64,000 bases of DNA from positions 672 through 64,671 of the forward strand of contig JAWSVL010000004.1 in assembly GCA_033851935.1 (NCBI GenBank), in the 5' to 3' direction. The translations under genes and the position numbers were made by a program. Positions 28,813-38,843 of the stretch are shown one piece after another (position 1 is the first letter of the stretch; each line of letters starts with the position of its first letter). The notes under the pieces were generated by a model, which ran no database searches, had not been told where the DNA came from, and saw only the letters and a program-made list of their open reading frames with translations. The DNA is from Sulfitobacter sp. Its GTDB lineage: Bacteria; Pseudomonadota; Alphaproteobacteria; Rhodobacterales; Rhodobacteraceae.

Positions 28813-31061
28813 TCGCCTTGCGCCGTATCGCGATCGTACTCGCTTGCGTTTTTGCGCTGGCCTTGTCGCAGCCTGTATCGGCACAAACAGATATCGTTGT
28901 TCCGGCACCCTCTGCAAATGATCTGCATGAATTCACCCGTCTTTTGGCAGATGACCGCATTCAGGAATGGCTTAGCCAACAAGCTGACGAGGCGGAGAAT
29001 GCTGACGTCCCTGATACGCTAGGAATCCGTGATCAGTTTGATGCGTTGGTCTTGCAGACAAAAAACCGTATCGGCGCACTTATCCGGACGTGGGAAGGTT
29101 TGGAGCAGGCCCCAGAGATGATGCAGGGGCGGTGGAGAGAGCAGGTCACTGATGATCGCCGCGTCCAAAGCCTTACGTTTGTGTTAATTTTCTTGTTTCT
29201 AGGGGCTGGTTTGGAATGGCTTTTCCGGCAGTACTCAAACCCGACGCGCCGCCGCCTTGAAATTATTGAATTCAAGACACACACCAAACGCATCACAGCG
29301 GCAATATCGCGTGCAGGTCTGGCATTGTCTGGGCTCCTTGCCTTTGCGGTTGGCAGCATCGGCGCATTTTCTGCGTTTGACTGGCCGCCGATACTCTTTG
29401 CATTGATCCTGAATTTGCTGATGGCAATAGTCGCAATCCGTGTGGTTGGCACTACCCTGCTACTATTTTTGGCTCCTTATGTGCCGCGCCTTCGGTTGGT
29501 GCCAGTCAGCACTGCAATGGCCCGTGTTATTTCCCGCACGACGCTTTGCTTCTCTGGTGTGTTAATCCTCGCCATTGCATTCAATGATGTTTTTCAAAGT
29601 GTTATCGAAGTATTTAGGCCTCAGGGTAGCGAAAACGCCATCTTGGCCATTTCCATCTTGTTGGCTGCAGTTGTCACACTTGCGGCACTGGTTAGCCTGC
29701 ATATCGGTTTCTACCTTGCTGGTCGCATTAGTCCCGCCGCAAATTCCAAGCAAGCCCGCAAATGGCGCAGTTTTGTGAGCCTTGTGATCATTGTGTCGCT
29801 GGGGATGTGGGTACTAGACCTTAGCCTAATCATGTGGAGCGTGCTGTGTCTGGGCCTTCTGGTTGTATCTCTGAAGCTGCTGCGGTCTTGGGTTAATCAC
29901 GCATTTGACAATGCGATTGTCGATTATTTAGCAAAACTTCCGCCTCCGCCTGTTGTTGAACCGCCCGAAGATGGCACCGAAGTGGAAGAAATGGTCGATG
30001 AAGAGGTTCTGGCCAGTGACCCATATGAGACTTATCGCCCCATTGCACAACGGGTTGTACGGTTTGCACTGATCATTACGGTTGGCTTTATCCTCGCGCT
30101 GATCTGGAACCTCGGAATATTCGAGAGCTCCGAGAACCCTACAGTGACGCAACGCATCTTTTCAGTGATGTTAGACAGCGCAGCAGCGCTGTTGATTGCG
30201 GATTTGCTTTGGACTTGGGCCCGCACCGCCATAGACCGCAGGCTAAGTGCCTACACCCCTCCAACTGACGGCTCTGCACCCGGACCAGAGGCCCGAATGG
30301 CCACACTATTGCCACTCCTGCGGGTTGTGCTGATGGTGACATTGTTACTGATGGTGGCCATGTCGATCCTTTCCTCAATGGGTGTGAACATCGCGCCGAT
30401 CCTAGCAGGTGCCAGCGTCTTGGGGATTGCAATCGGATTTGGTGCGCAGTCATTGGTCAAAGACGTTGTGTCTGGTATCTTCTTCTTGATCGATGATGCC
30501 TTCCGCGTTGGTGAATATGTCGAGATTGACCAGCTTCGCGGCACAGTCGAGAGGATCTCGATTAGATCTCTGCAAATCCGCCATCACCGCGGAGCTGTCC
30601 ACACGTTACCCTTTGGCGAATTGAAGTCCATGACGAATTATTCGCGCGATTGGGTGATCATGAAACTCGAGTTCCGCGTGCCGTTCGACACTGACCTAAA
30701 GCTTGTAAAGAAGTTGATTAAGCAGGTTGGAGCACAGCTAAAAGAGAACCCAGATTATGGTGATAGCATTTTAGAGACACTGAAATCACAGGGCGTGCGC
30801 CGTATGGAAGAGTTCAATATGGTGGTTGGGGTTAAATTCATGACACGACCGGGCGAGCAATGGGTTGTGCGCCGCGATGCCTATCAAGGAGTGCGAGACA
30901 TATTCACTGCGAATGGCATTCGGATGGCAGAACGCAACGTGAAGGTCGAGATAGCAGGGGACGAGACGTTGACCGACGAACAACGAAAAGCCGTCAGCGC
31001 CGCAGCCCATGATGCTGTCGCAAACAAGTTGCCTCCCGGGCCTGTACCTGATGAGCCTTAA
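28809..31061 (+). CDS. Large MscS-family mechanosensitive channel
   Basis: GVNIAPILAGASVLGIAIGFGAQSLVKDVVSGIFFL..FRVGEYV...GTVERISIRS; many N-terminal TM helices; GTGA overlap with the upstream gene. Confidence 0.92.
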   Translation: MIALRRIAIVLACVFALALSQPVSAQTDIVVPAPSANDLHEFTRLLADDRIQEWLSQQADEAENADVPDTLGIRDQFDALVLQTKNRIGALIRTWEGLEQAPEMMQGRWREQVTDDRRVQSLTFVLIFLFLGAGLEWLFRQYSNPTRRRLEIIEFKTHTKRITAAISRAGLALSGLLAFAVGSIGAFSAFDWPPILFALILNLLMAIVAIRVVGTTLLLFLAPYVPRLRLVPVSTAMARVISRTTLCFSGVLILAIAFNDVFQSVIEVFRPQGSENAILAISILLAAVVTLAALVSLHIGFYLAGRISPAANSKQARKWRSFVSLVIIVSLGMWVLDLSLIMWSVLCLGLLVVSLKLLRSWVNHAFDNAIVDYLAKLPPPPVVEPPEDGTEVEEMVDEEVLASDPYETYRPIAQRVVRFALIITVGFILALIWNLGIFESSENPTVTQRIFSVMLDSAAALLIADLLWTWARTAIDRRLSAYTPPTDGSAPGPEARMATLLPLLRVVLMVTLLLMVAMSILSSMGVNIAPILAGASVLGIAIGFGAQSLVKDVVSGIFFLIDDAFRVGEYVEIDQLRGTVERISIRSLQIRHHRGAVHTLPFGELKSMTNYSRDWVIMKLEFRVPFDTDLKLVKKLIKQVGAQLKENPDYGDSILETLKSQGVRRMEEFNMVVGVKFMTRPGEQWVVRRDAYQGVRDIFTANGIRMAERNVKVEIAGDETLTDEQRKAVSAAAHDAVANKLPPGPVPDEP

Positions 31062-31387
31062 AGCGTTGACCTATTAGCCATCAGGTTTGCTTTCGAAGAA
31101 TTCAACATTGAACATCAATCGGCGGTGGAAGAGGGCGCTGTTACCCTACGTGAAGGGACTCCAACGTGCTTCCACTTTGATGGTTTGGGGGGATTGCTTT
31201 GGCAATTGTTGAAGTACAGCCCTCTAAATCTCCCATTCTCAAATAACTGTAAGGAACGCGACATATTGGCGTAAGGAAACTCAACAATACCCCAACTTGT
31301 ATTGAGTGATGTAGTGCCGCCCATACAGGCCACGCTTTATCATTTGAGGCGCTTGACGTAAGATTTAGAGAATTCAGAGGGACCTAT

Positions 31388-32020
31388 ATGGACTACGCCG
31401 AACTTACCAAAGCCTTTGGGGCATTTTTTGCGATTATGAATCCGTTTGTGAATTTGCCGATTTTTTTGGCTTTGACTGCAGGGTTTACGGTGACACAACA
31501 GCGCACACTCGCTTGTAAGATAACGATTTTTTCGGCGATTATGTGTTTGGTGATCTTGGTTGCAGGACAAAAAATCATCGGTTTCTTTGGGATCACTGTT
31601 GATCAGTTTCGGATCGCGGGCGGTATCGTGTTGGCTCATATCGCATGGTCTATGCTGAACGGAAACGACATCTCATCACATCACGGCACTGCTAAGGAAA
31701 AAGACTATATCCAAGATCTTTCTGGCCTCGCGTTTTACCCAATTACCTTTCCGATGATTGTTGGACCGGGAACAATAGCGACGCTGATAATATATGCGGG
31801 CCACGCAAAGGGAATTAGCGGATTGATCGCTGTTGGTGGGGTTGTAGGCGTCATTTTGGCGATGCTGTTTTTTGTACTGTTCTTCGCATCGTTCTTTGGC
31901 AAAGCTCTGACAGACACAATGCGCGTTATCATGACGCGTTTGATGGGAATGATTTTACTGGCAATCGCAGTAGAAATGATAGTTGCGGGTACAAAGGCTG
32001 TACTACCGGGACTGGCGTAA
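31388..32020 (+). CDS. MarC family membrane protein
   Basis: FAIMNPFVNLPIF, FRIAGG, PITFPMIVGPGTIA, RLMGMILLAIAVE. Confidence 0.92.
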   Translation: MDYAELTKAFGAFFAIMNPFVNLPIFLALTAGFTVTQQRTLACKITIFSAIMCLVILVAGQKIIGFFGITVDQFRIAGGIVLAHIAWSMLNGNDISSHHGTAKEKDYIQDLSGLAFYPITFPMIVGPGTIATLIIYAGHAKGISGLIAVGGVVGVILAMLFFVLFFASFFGKALTDTMRVIMTRLMGMILLAIAVEMIVAGTKAVLPGLA

Positions 32021-32030
32021 GGGGCCGAGA

Positions 32031-32303
32031 ATGAAACTGTTCAATCCAGACAACCATACCAAATCCGAGGACCACAAACGGCTCTATGCTCTTTGTGAAG
32101 TGGCCTACACATTTGTCGATTTCTCAGCGGCAGCGCTTTTTGTCATAGGCAGCGTCCTTTTCTTCAAGGAAAGCACAACCTATTTTGGAACCTGGCTTTT
32201 TGTTGTCGGTTCGGTGTTGTTTGGATTACGCCCAACCATCAAGTTGTATCGTGAGTTTGGATACCTCAGGCTTGGGGACTACGACGATATCAACAAAGGA
32301 TGA
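32031..32303 (+). CDS. YrhK-like small membrane protein
   Basis: YEx-AYT-xVDF-type motif (CEVAYTFVDFSAAALFVIGSVLFF...GTWLFVVGSVLFGLRPTIKL). Confidence 0.78.
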   Translation: MKLFNPDNHTKSEDHKRLYALCEVAYTFVDFSAAALFVIGSVLFFKESTTYFGTWLFVVGSVLFGLRPTIKLYREFGYLRLGDYDDINKG

Positions 32304-32908
32304 AACATGGGGCGATAGATGGTCTTTCGCCTCCGGCACGGCTGGCAATGGTTCGTTGTCTTGATGGTTTGATCCTATTTCGGCAGCATCATTTACTTCC
32401 TGTTTGATGAAATCGATCTTGGGAATAGGGCGAACAAGCGGCACAATGGGATCTTCGCTCAAATCAGGACCAAAGCAGCCCACCTGATGGGGGCACGGAG
32501 GATACTGACCTTCTGATTGATCCACTAAACAGGTCTACCTTTCAACATGCGGGATCGATCAATTGGTACCATCCGGTCACAGGAAACAACGCGAAACGGA
32601 TGGCGAATGCTGCCGTTAGCAACGCAGCCTACTCGCCGATATTGATGCTGCCCAAAGTCACATTCATGTCCTGTAGTACATTTGGTAACGGCCAACTTGA
32701 CCCGTTCATGTTCAACGGCACTGGAAACTTCGGACGTTGCGCTAACCCCGAGGGTGTCCTTTCTAAGGGCGGAGCCAAATTTCGCGAAGTTTCGTGTACT
32801 TCCGCCAAAAAAAAGAGGATGGAGGAATTGTGATAACCACCCTACCCAGAGGTCAACAAGAGTCGCGGTTCATATACCGCTCAGACCAGAGTCCGTGTTG
32901 AATGAAGT

Positions 32909-33853
32909 TTACAGGCTGGATCTAGCATTGCGTCGGTAGGTGCCCGGGGCAAATGAATGGTATTTCTTGAAAACCCGACTGAACGCAGCCTCAGAATGGT
33001 AGCCGACCAGTTCTGCAATTTCGACAATAGGCTCATTGGTTGTCGTTAACTGCTTTCGCGCGATCTGCATTCGCCAATTTGTTAGGTACTCCAACGGCGT
33101 CATGGTTGTGCATTGCAAAAAGCGGTTGGAAAATGCCGTGCGCGACAGTCCGGCAATCTTTGATAACCGCTCAAGAGGCCAAGCATCACCCGGCGATTTG
33201 TGAATGGCAGTCAAGGTACGCGCGATATGAGGTTCAGCAAAGCCAGCCAAGACGGGCGTGTTTGCCCCTTCGGCTGCCAGATAGGCCCTCAGAGCTTGGG
33301 CAAAGATGATCTCTGACAATTTGAGTGCAATGAGATTGCTGCCCAAATGCTCATGCCCGACCTCGGCCCCAATAACCTTGAGGGTGTGTTCGAGCCAAGT
33401 GCCCGAAGCTTCGCCGTAGTTTTTGATGAGGATATGAGAGGGAAGGGCGTCTATCAAAGGGTGATGCGCGCCGGGATCAAACGCGAAGTGCCCGCAGACA
33501 AGTTGTGTCTCGTGGTCCGTACCGAACTCTCCATACACAAGCGCACCAACACCTGTGAAGCCTGATTTTTGAACCACCTCATCCACCATCATGGCTGGAT
33601 TTTCGGTTTTCGGATCACAGTAAAGCGTATGCGCCGCGCCGCGTGTGATGATCACAAGGTCACCCTGTTCCAGAAAAACCGGCGGCTTATCAGCTTCGAT
33701 CCTGATCAGGCAACGCCCCTTTAACGCAAAATGAAAGCGCGCGACATTTTCAAATTGAGGAACACCCACGCTCCAAGGTGACGTAAATGATGTCCGAAAG
33801 TAGAGCGTCCCCTTTAGTTGTAGTTTGGACAGGATATCACTGAGCAGGTCCAC
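32909..33853 (-). CDS. AraC family regulator with N-terminal cupin domain
   Basis: DLLSDILS, GDLVII.RG..H, LVCG.F.F, HIARTL..IH, LSRTAF..RF, VGYHSEAAFSRVFKK; GTG start after GGAGG. Confidence 0.92.
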   Translation of the reverse strand: MDLLSDILSKLQLKGTLYFRTSFTSPWSVGVPQFENVARFHFALKGRCLIRIEADKPPVFLEQGDLVIITRGAAHTLYCDPKTENPAMMVDEVVQKSGFTGVGALVYGEFGTDHETQLVCGHFAFDPGAHHPLIDALPSHILIKNYGEASGTWLEHTLKVIGAEVGHEHLGSNLIALKLSEIIFAQALRAYLAAEGANTPVLAGFAEPHIARTLTAIHKSPGDAWPLERLSKIAGLSRTAFSNRFLQCTTMTPLEYLTNWRMQIARKQLTTTNEPIVEIAELVGYHSEAAFSRVFKKYHSFAPGTYRRNARSSL

Positions 33854-34036
33854 ATTTAGTCCTCCGTTGTAGTTTTCCTTAGTATAACACATCTATCATT
33901 GATGTGGAGTGATTCTGGACGAATGATCACAAATATCGTCATTTTCGTCATTCACCGTTCTAGGATTTAGCGGTTTAGTCAATTCAGGCAGTCGCCGTGT
34001 GTGCGTGCTGTGTGACTAAATCAAAAAAGGAACTTC

Positions 34037-34567
34037 ATGATGAAAATCACCTCTACTCTTATAGCTTTGGGTCTGGCTGTTGCCTTTCAATCGCCAGTGC
34101 AGGCGCAATCACCTGCTGAACTGAACGATCTTGAAATTGCGCATGTGGCCTATGTAGCTGACAATATTGACATTCGTTACGCCCATCTGGCGCTTGCAAT
34201 TAGCCGGAATCCGGAAGTCCATGAGTTTGCTAATACGATGATCCGTGACCATGAGGCGGTCAATACACAGGCGTTGGCCTTGTTGGCGAAACTGGGTGCC
34301 CAGCCGCAGGACAACTTCCTGAGCCAAACTCTTGAGATCAATGCAAAAGCGCTGATTGACGAGATGAGCCAACTTCGCGGCTCCGCGTTCGACAAGCGCT
34401 ATGCCGAGAACGAGTTAGCCTATCATAAAGCTGTCAATGACTTGGTTGAAAATGCGTTTGTTCCCAACATCGAAAACGCAGAAGTGAAAGCGTTGTTCGA
34501 AGCCGGATTGGTGATCTTCAAAGCTCATGAAGGCCATGCCGAAATGATGGTTGGAAAGCTCAACTAG
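34037..34567 (+). CDS. Exported DUF4142-family (ferritin-like) protein
   Basis: Signal peptide; AHLALAISRNPEVHEFANTMIRDH, FDKRYAENELAYH. Confidence 0.8.
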   Translation: MMKITSTLIALGLAVAFQSPVQAQSPAELNDLEIAHVAYVADNIDIRYAHLALAISRNPEVHEFANTMIRDHEAVNTQALALLAKLGAQPQDNFLSQTLEINAKALIDEMSQLRGSAFDKRYAENELAYHKAVNDLVENAFVPNIENAEVKALFEAGLVIFKAHEGHAEMMVGKLN

Positions 34568-34921
34568 ATGAATGAAGGGACAAGACGGGTCTTTCTTCAA
34601 CATGCTTTGCTGGGTCTCAGTGTTGGGAATATTGCGATGTTTGCACCCGCATCTAGCCACGCAAGCACAGAGCATCATGTTGAAATCAGGGCGTTCGAAT
34701 TTGCGCCTGAACATCTAACTGTAAAGGTGGGTGACACGATCGTCTGGACCAACTTTGATATCGTTCCGCACACAGCTACTGCGGATGATCTGAGTTGGGA
34801 AACTGAGACCCTTGAACAGAGCGCGTCTGCTCGGATGACAGTCGTTGAGGGGATGACCGTCGATTACTTCTGTGCGTTTCACCCGCACATGAAGGCGCGA
34901 TTGCAGATTGAATACCAGTAA
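34568..34921 (+). CDS. Cupredoxin (amicyanin/plastocyanin-like), Tat-type signal
   Basis: TRRVFL; FAPEHLTVKVGDTIVWTN; type-1 Cu ligands VPHTAT and YFCAFHPHM. Confidence 0.88.
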   Translation: MNEGTRRVFLQHALLGLSVGNIAMFAPASSHASTEHHVEIRAFEFAPEHLTVKVGDTIVWTNFDIVPHTATADDLSWETETLEQSASARMTVVEGMTVDYFCAFHPHMKARLQIEYQ

Positions 34922-34970
34922 GCCGCGCGGCCGTTCGCGCATGCATCATACACAATGAAAGTAACTGCCC

Positions 34971-35336
34971 ATGTATAAATTTATGAACAAAAATCTCCAT
35001 GCCTATCTCGACTATCCAGTCGCTTTTGGCTTGATCGCAATGCCGTTTGTATTCGGTCTTGGGGCCGAAAATACGTTAGCGCTTTGGCTGTCAGTGGTCA
35101 CCGGGCTCGCGGCATTTATTTTAACGATCTTCACGGATCATCACCTAGGCCTTATCCGTGTCCTTCCTTATAAATTGCACCTAATGGTCGATTTTTTGGT
35201 GGGGGTGGTGTTCGTTGTAGCCCCGTTTGCATTGGGGTTCTCCGGCTTGGACGCGATGTATTATTGGCTTCTTGGTGCAACAGTCTTGATGGTTGTCGGA
35301 CTCGACAATACGCAAAATGCGGTCACCATAGAATGA
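34971..35336 (+). CDS. Small 4-TM membrane protein (SPW-repeat-like)
   Basis: HAYLDYP, TD..LGLIRVLP.K.HL.VDFLVG pattern. Confidence 0.72.
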   Translation: MYKFMNKNLHAYLDYPVAFGLIAMPFVFGLGAENTLALWLSVVTGLAAFILTIFTDHHLGLIRVLPYKLHLMVDFLVGVVFVVAPFALGFSGLDAMYYWLLGATVLMVVGLDNTQNAVTIE

Positions 35337-35341
35337 AAACG

Positions 35342-35376
35342 GCCGGACCCTCAGCGACACCTCGCAAGGGTCCGGC
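35342..35376. terminator. Hairpin between convergent genes
   Basis: GCCGGACCCT-N15-AGGGTCCGGC. Confidence 0.55.
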
Positions 35377-35487
35377 TTGTCTACATGGCGGTCTTTGATC
35401 GCATCAAATTGCCTGCGCTATTGCAGGATTGTCCCCTAAATAACTTGACTGTCACCAACATGCTCAGGGGAACTCAAGAGGTACCCT

Positions 35488-37656
35488 TCAGGGCTTTGAT
35501 TCCTGCTTCCTCCGTGCAGACAAAATCACTACCGCCACGATGAGTGTCGCACCCGCAATGTTGAATAAAATTGCCAACGGCCAGTATGCACCGATTGCAC
35601 CAAGGACCAGAAGTAGCGCGCTAAGTGGGCCAATCGGCCCCTCAGCGTACCACTGTATGATCGCGTTGGTTGCATAAATTCCGAACAACGCAAAGAAACC
35701 AATCTGAAACACCTCAACCAATTCGCCGGATATCAAAGGGGTGTAGGCGAACAGCAACGGGACGACATACAGACCTTTGGCAATTTTCCAGCTTTCAAAA
35801 CCAGTCGCCATGGGAGATGAGCCCGCAATACCAGCCGCAGTGAAAGCTGCAAGGCAGACAGGTGGGGTTACGTTTGAATCTTGGCTGAGCCAAAATATGA
35901 TCAGGTGGGCGGTAAGCAAGAATGTGGTCAACATTGCCGGATCGACCATGACAGGGCGAATGGTAACTGCGATCTCAAATGGGATGTTCCGGACAAGTTC
36001 CCAAGCTTCAGCCTGTGTCATGCCTGTCGCTACTTGGGCGACCAGCGGGTGATCCACAAGGAAGAAAAGGCCAGCCTTTGCCGGATCAGTGATCCCAGCC
36101 ATCAACTGATCCGCAATCAGCCCGTCAGCCATGATCCCAGCGAGTGCTGGTGCTGTTAGGATTGCTAGTATGATGTATGCGGCGGTTACGGGTAGCCCCA
36201 TTCCCAAGACAAGCGAGGCAATTGCAATTAAAGCAATGGCAAGCACCAACGACCCTTGTGACCATTGTGCTATCATCAAGGAAAATCCGTTTCCAACGCC
36301 GCTGGTTACAATCGCATTGTTCATAATCCCGATGGCTGTCAGCAAAATTGCTGTCATGATCGCGGACTTAATGCCGCTAACCAGGGCCTCGGAAATCTTG
36401 GCGGGACCCATGTTGACGGGTTTGAACCCCCCGTCATTGTTGAAATGTGCAATCACGCTGGTGAGCCATGATGTTGCGATGACAGCAGCGATGGCCCAGC
36501 AGGCCGCAAAGGACGGGGTAACGCCTGACAACAGCAACCAGATCATCACAGCCAATGGAATGACAAAAACCAGACCACCTGACAACATTTTGCCGTGATC
36601 AACGGTCAAATCGATCTCGGACCCGACGTCGTATTTCACGGCTTCAATGCGTACGATGAACGCCACTGACAAAAAGTAGAGGATCGCAGGAACAACAGAC
36701 ACAGCTACGATTGTGCCATAAGGGATAGACGTATAGCTGGCCATCACGAAGGCCCCAGCGCCCATGATTGGTGGCATCAGCTGACCACCCGTCGATGCAG
36801 CAGCTTCAACCCCAGCGGCAAATTTCGGGCGAAAGCCGTTTGATTTCATCAATGGGATGGTGATGACCCCAGTAGACGCCGTGTTGGCAATGGCTGATCC
36901 AGATATCGTGCCTGTAAGTGCCGAAGAAATAATAGCGACAAACGCGGCCCCACCTTTGATGCGGCCTGCAACGACCTTTGATATTTCGATCACAAAGTTG
37001 CTGGCACCGGAAACAACCAGAAAGCCGCCAAAGATCATAAATAGGGTTATGTTCGTGACCGAGATATTACCAAGAATTCCAAACATGCCCTCGTCATTGT
37101 AAAGCGTTCGAAACAAAACATCGTTTAGCGGCAGGCTGGCTGAGCGGAAAACACCCGGCAGCAGTGTACCTAAAAACAAAATATAGCTGAGCGACAAGAT
37201 AATCAGAATGGGAATGACCCAACCAGAGACCCGACGAGAGAGATCAATGCATGCAAAGATCAGTAGCAAACCTGCGGCCCAATCAATGAACGTAAATTGC
37301 CAGCCCAAACCTGTGACTGCGAGGGATCGTTCGTACAAGTCGCTTTCGGCTCCAGCCACCCACAACGCGGCACCCGCAACGAGCAAACCATAGGCAATGT
37401 CCACTACCCAAGCCCACGTTTTGCCAGAGTGTTTCCCCCAAGGACTAAGGGTGATGGAGGCGAGAAACGCAAACCCTGCAAAGTGTATGGCGTTTTGCCA
37501 TAACCCCGGCTCTGTTAGGTAGACGTTTGTTAAAACGTGCCAAATGGCAAAGCACATAGCGAAAACAAGCACGATGTGCTGTGCCTCAAATTTTCCACGC
37601 GGCATGTTTAACAGCGTGTCTCTAGTCATCGGTTCATTCTCAATTGCGGCTGTCAT
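35488..37656 (-). CDS. TRAP transporter fused 4TM/12TM permease (TAXI type)
   Basis: GTISGSAIANTASTGVITIPLM, EAAASTGGQLMPPIMGAGAF, LGMGLPVTAAY, VTPPVCLAAF. Confidence 0.94.
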   Translation of the reverse strand: MTAAIENEPMTRDTLLNMPRGKFEAQHIVLVFAMCFAIWHVLTNVYLTEPGLWQNAIHFAGFAFLASITLSPWGKHSGKTWAWVVDIAYGLLVAGAALWVAGAESDLYERSLAVTGLGWQFTFIDWAAGLLLIFACIDLSRRVSGWVIPILIILSLSYILFLGTLLPGVFRSASLPLNDVLFRTLYNDEGMFGILGNISVTNITLFMIFGGFLVVSGASNFVIEISKVVAGRIKGGAAFVAIISSALTGTISGSAIANTASTGVITIPLMKSNGFRPKFAAGVEAAASTGGQLMPPIMGAGAFVMASYTSIPYGTIVAVSVVPAILYFLSVAFIVRIEAVKYDVGSEIDLTVDHGKMLSGGLVFVIPLAVMIWLLLSGVTPSFAACWAIAAVIATSWLTSVIAHFNNDGGFKPVNMGPAKISEALVSGIKSAIMTAILLTAIGIMNNAIVTSGVGNGFSLMIAQWSQGSLVLAIALIAIASLVLGMGLPVTAAYIILAILTAPALAGIMADGLIADQLMAGITDPAKAGLFFLVDHPLVAQVATGMTQAEAWELVRNIPFEIAVTIRPVMVDPAMLTTFLLTAHLIIFWLSQDSNVTPPVCLAAFTAAGIAGSSPMATGFESWKIAKGLYVVPLLFAYTPLISGELVEVFQIGFFALFGIYATNAIIQWYAEGPIGPLSALLLVLGAIGAYWPLAILFNIAGATLIVAVVILSARRKQESKP

Positions 37657-37675
37657 TTGGTTCTCCCCCCAAAGC

Positions 37676-37706
37676 AATGAGGGGCAACCAATTGGTGCCC
37701 CTCATT
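37676..37706. terminator. Intercistronic stem-loop between the TAXI receptor and permease genes
   Basis: AATGAGGGGCA-N9-TGCCCCTCATT perfect 11-bp stem. Confidence 0.65.
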
Positions 37707-37720
37707 TTCGTCTAAGTGAT

Positions 37721-38716
37721 TTATTCAGCGATCAAGTTTGCTGGAATTTCCAAGCCAACTTCGGTGTAATAGCGTGCCGCACCGGGGTGCAGGGGCGCTG
37801 GAAGACCGGCCATCGCAGATTCAATCATCATTGCTTTGGTTGCGGGGTGGATTGCCTGCAAGAAGGGCAGGTTCTCGTACATGGTTTTGGTCAGCATATA
37901 GACGTGCTCTTCGTCCACGCTGGCGTTCACAGCCAAGAAGTTCGGTTGTGCGATTGTGTTCACGTCATTGGTTTGACCGGGGTAGGTGCCAGCCGCGATC
38001 GTGTAGGGCACCCAAAGATTACGGCCAGCGTCCATTGCCGCAGCTTGATCCGCTGTCACGTCAAGGATGGTGAATTTACCTTCATTTGACGCCATCAGTT
38101 TTGTTATCGCACCAGTCGGCGGGCCAGACGGGATACCCGCAGCAAATGCTTGACCATTTGCAAGGGCATCCGTTGTTGGGCCGTAGCCCGCAGAGATCAG
38201 CGTAAAGTCACTAGCGACATCTAAACCCAGACCCGCAAGCAAAACCGAGTTGGAGCCGATAGTGCCGGAGTTTTGTTTGCCCATGCCAACAGACATGCCT
38301 TTGATACCTGTTAAGTCTTCGACCGTGCCTGTTGTGGCCTTGTCCGTTGGCACAACAAATTGCTCTACGTTCTGCCACAACATCGTTATCGAACGAAGGT
38401 TTGCCTGCGGCTCACTGACCGGTCCTGTACCTGTAACGGCGTATGACCCGAACAGGCCTTGCAAAATTGCGAAATCAGCAGTGCCTGCGGACAAGGCCTG
38501 AACGTTAGCGCCAGAGCCTGCCGAGTTTACGGCCGTAAGTGAGAAGTTCTGTTTTGGCAGTAACTTGATTTTCGACAATGTCGAGATTGCAGTGCCAACA
38601 GGGTGATACGTGCCGCCTGTTGATGCTGTGTTCAATACGTAATCTGCGCTTTGCGCAAAGGCAGCGCCGGACGTAACAAGACCGGCACTTACAACAAGTG
38701 CTTTCAACATTTTCAT
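37721..38716 (-). CDS. TAXI family TRAP solute-binding protein
   Basis: Signal peptide MKMLKALVV..GAAFA; TASTGGTYHPVG, SAGSGANV, SGT, YTIAAGTYPG, LHPGAARYY. Confidence 0.93.
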   Translation of the reverse strand: MKMLKALVVSAGLVTSGAAFAQSADYVLNTASTGGTYHPVGTAISTLSKIKLLPKQNFSLTAVNSAGSGANVQALSAGTADFAILQGLFGSYAVTGTGPVSEPQANLRSITMLWQNVEQFVVPTDKATTGTVEDLTGIKGMSVGMGKQNSGTIGSNSVLLAGLGLDVASDFTLISAGYGPTTDALANGQAFAAGIPSGPPTGAITKLMASNEGKFTILDVTADQAAAMDAGRNLWVPYTIAAGTYPGQTNDVNTIAQPNFLAVNASVDEEHVYMLTKTMYENLPFLQAIHPATKAMMIESAMAGLPAPLHPGAARYYTEVGLEIPANLIAE

Positions 38717-38843
38717 TGTGATTCCTCCCAGAAACATGGCCGTGGACCGGCCTGCGGCGTTCATGCCAAACAGGGAGGGATTCGCGATACGAGAGAAAAC
38801 GCAGGAGAGGTAGGAAGCTGCCTGCGGATTTTCGCAAGGCCGT

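Noticed and set aside
32304-32908. Short ORFs between yrhK and araC
   Set aside because: No recognisable family, several stops in each frame; treated as intergenic or decayed DNA
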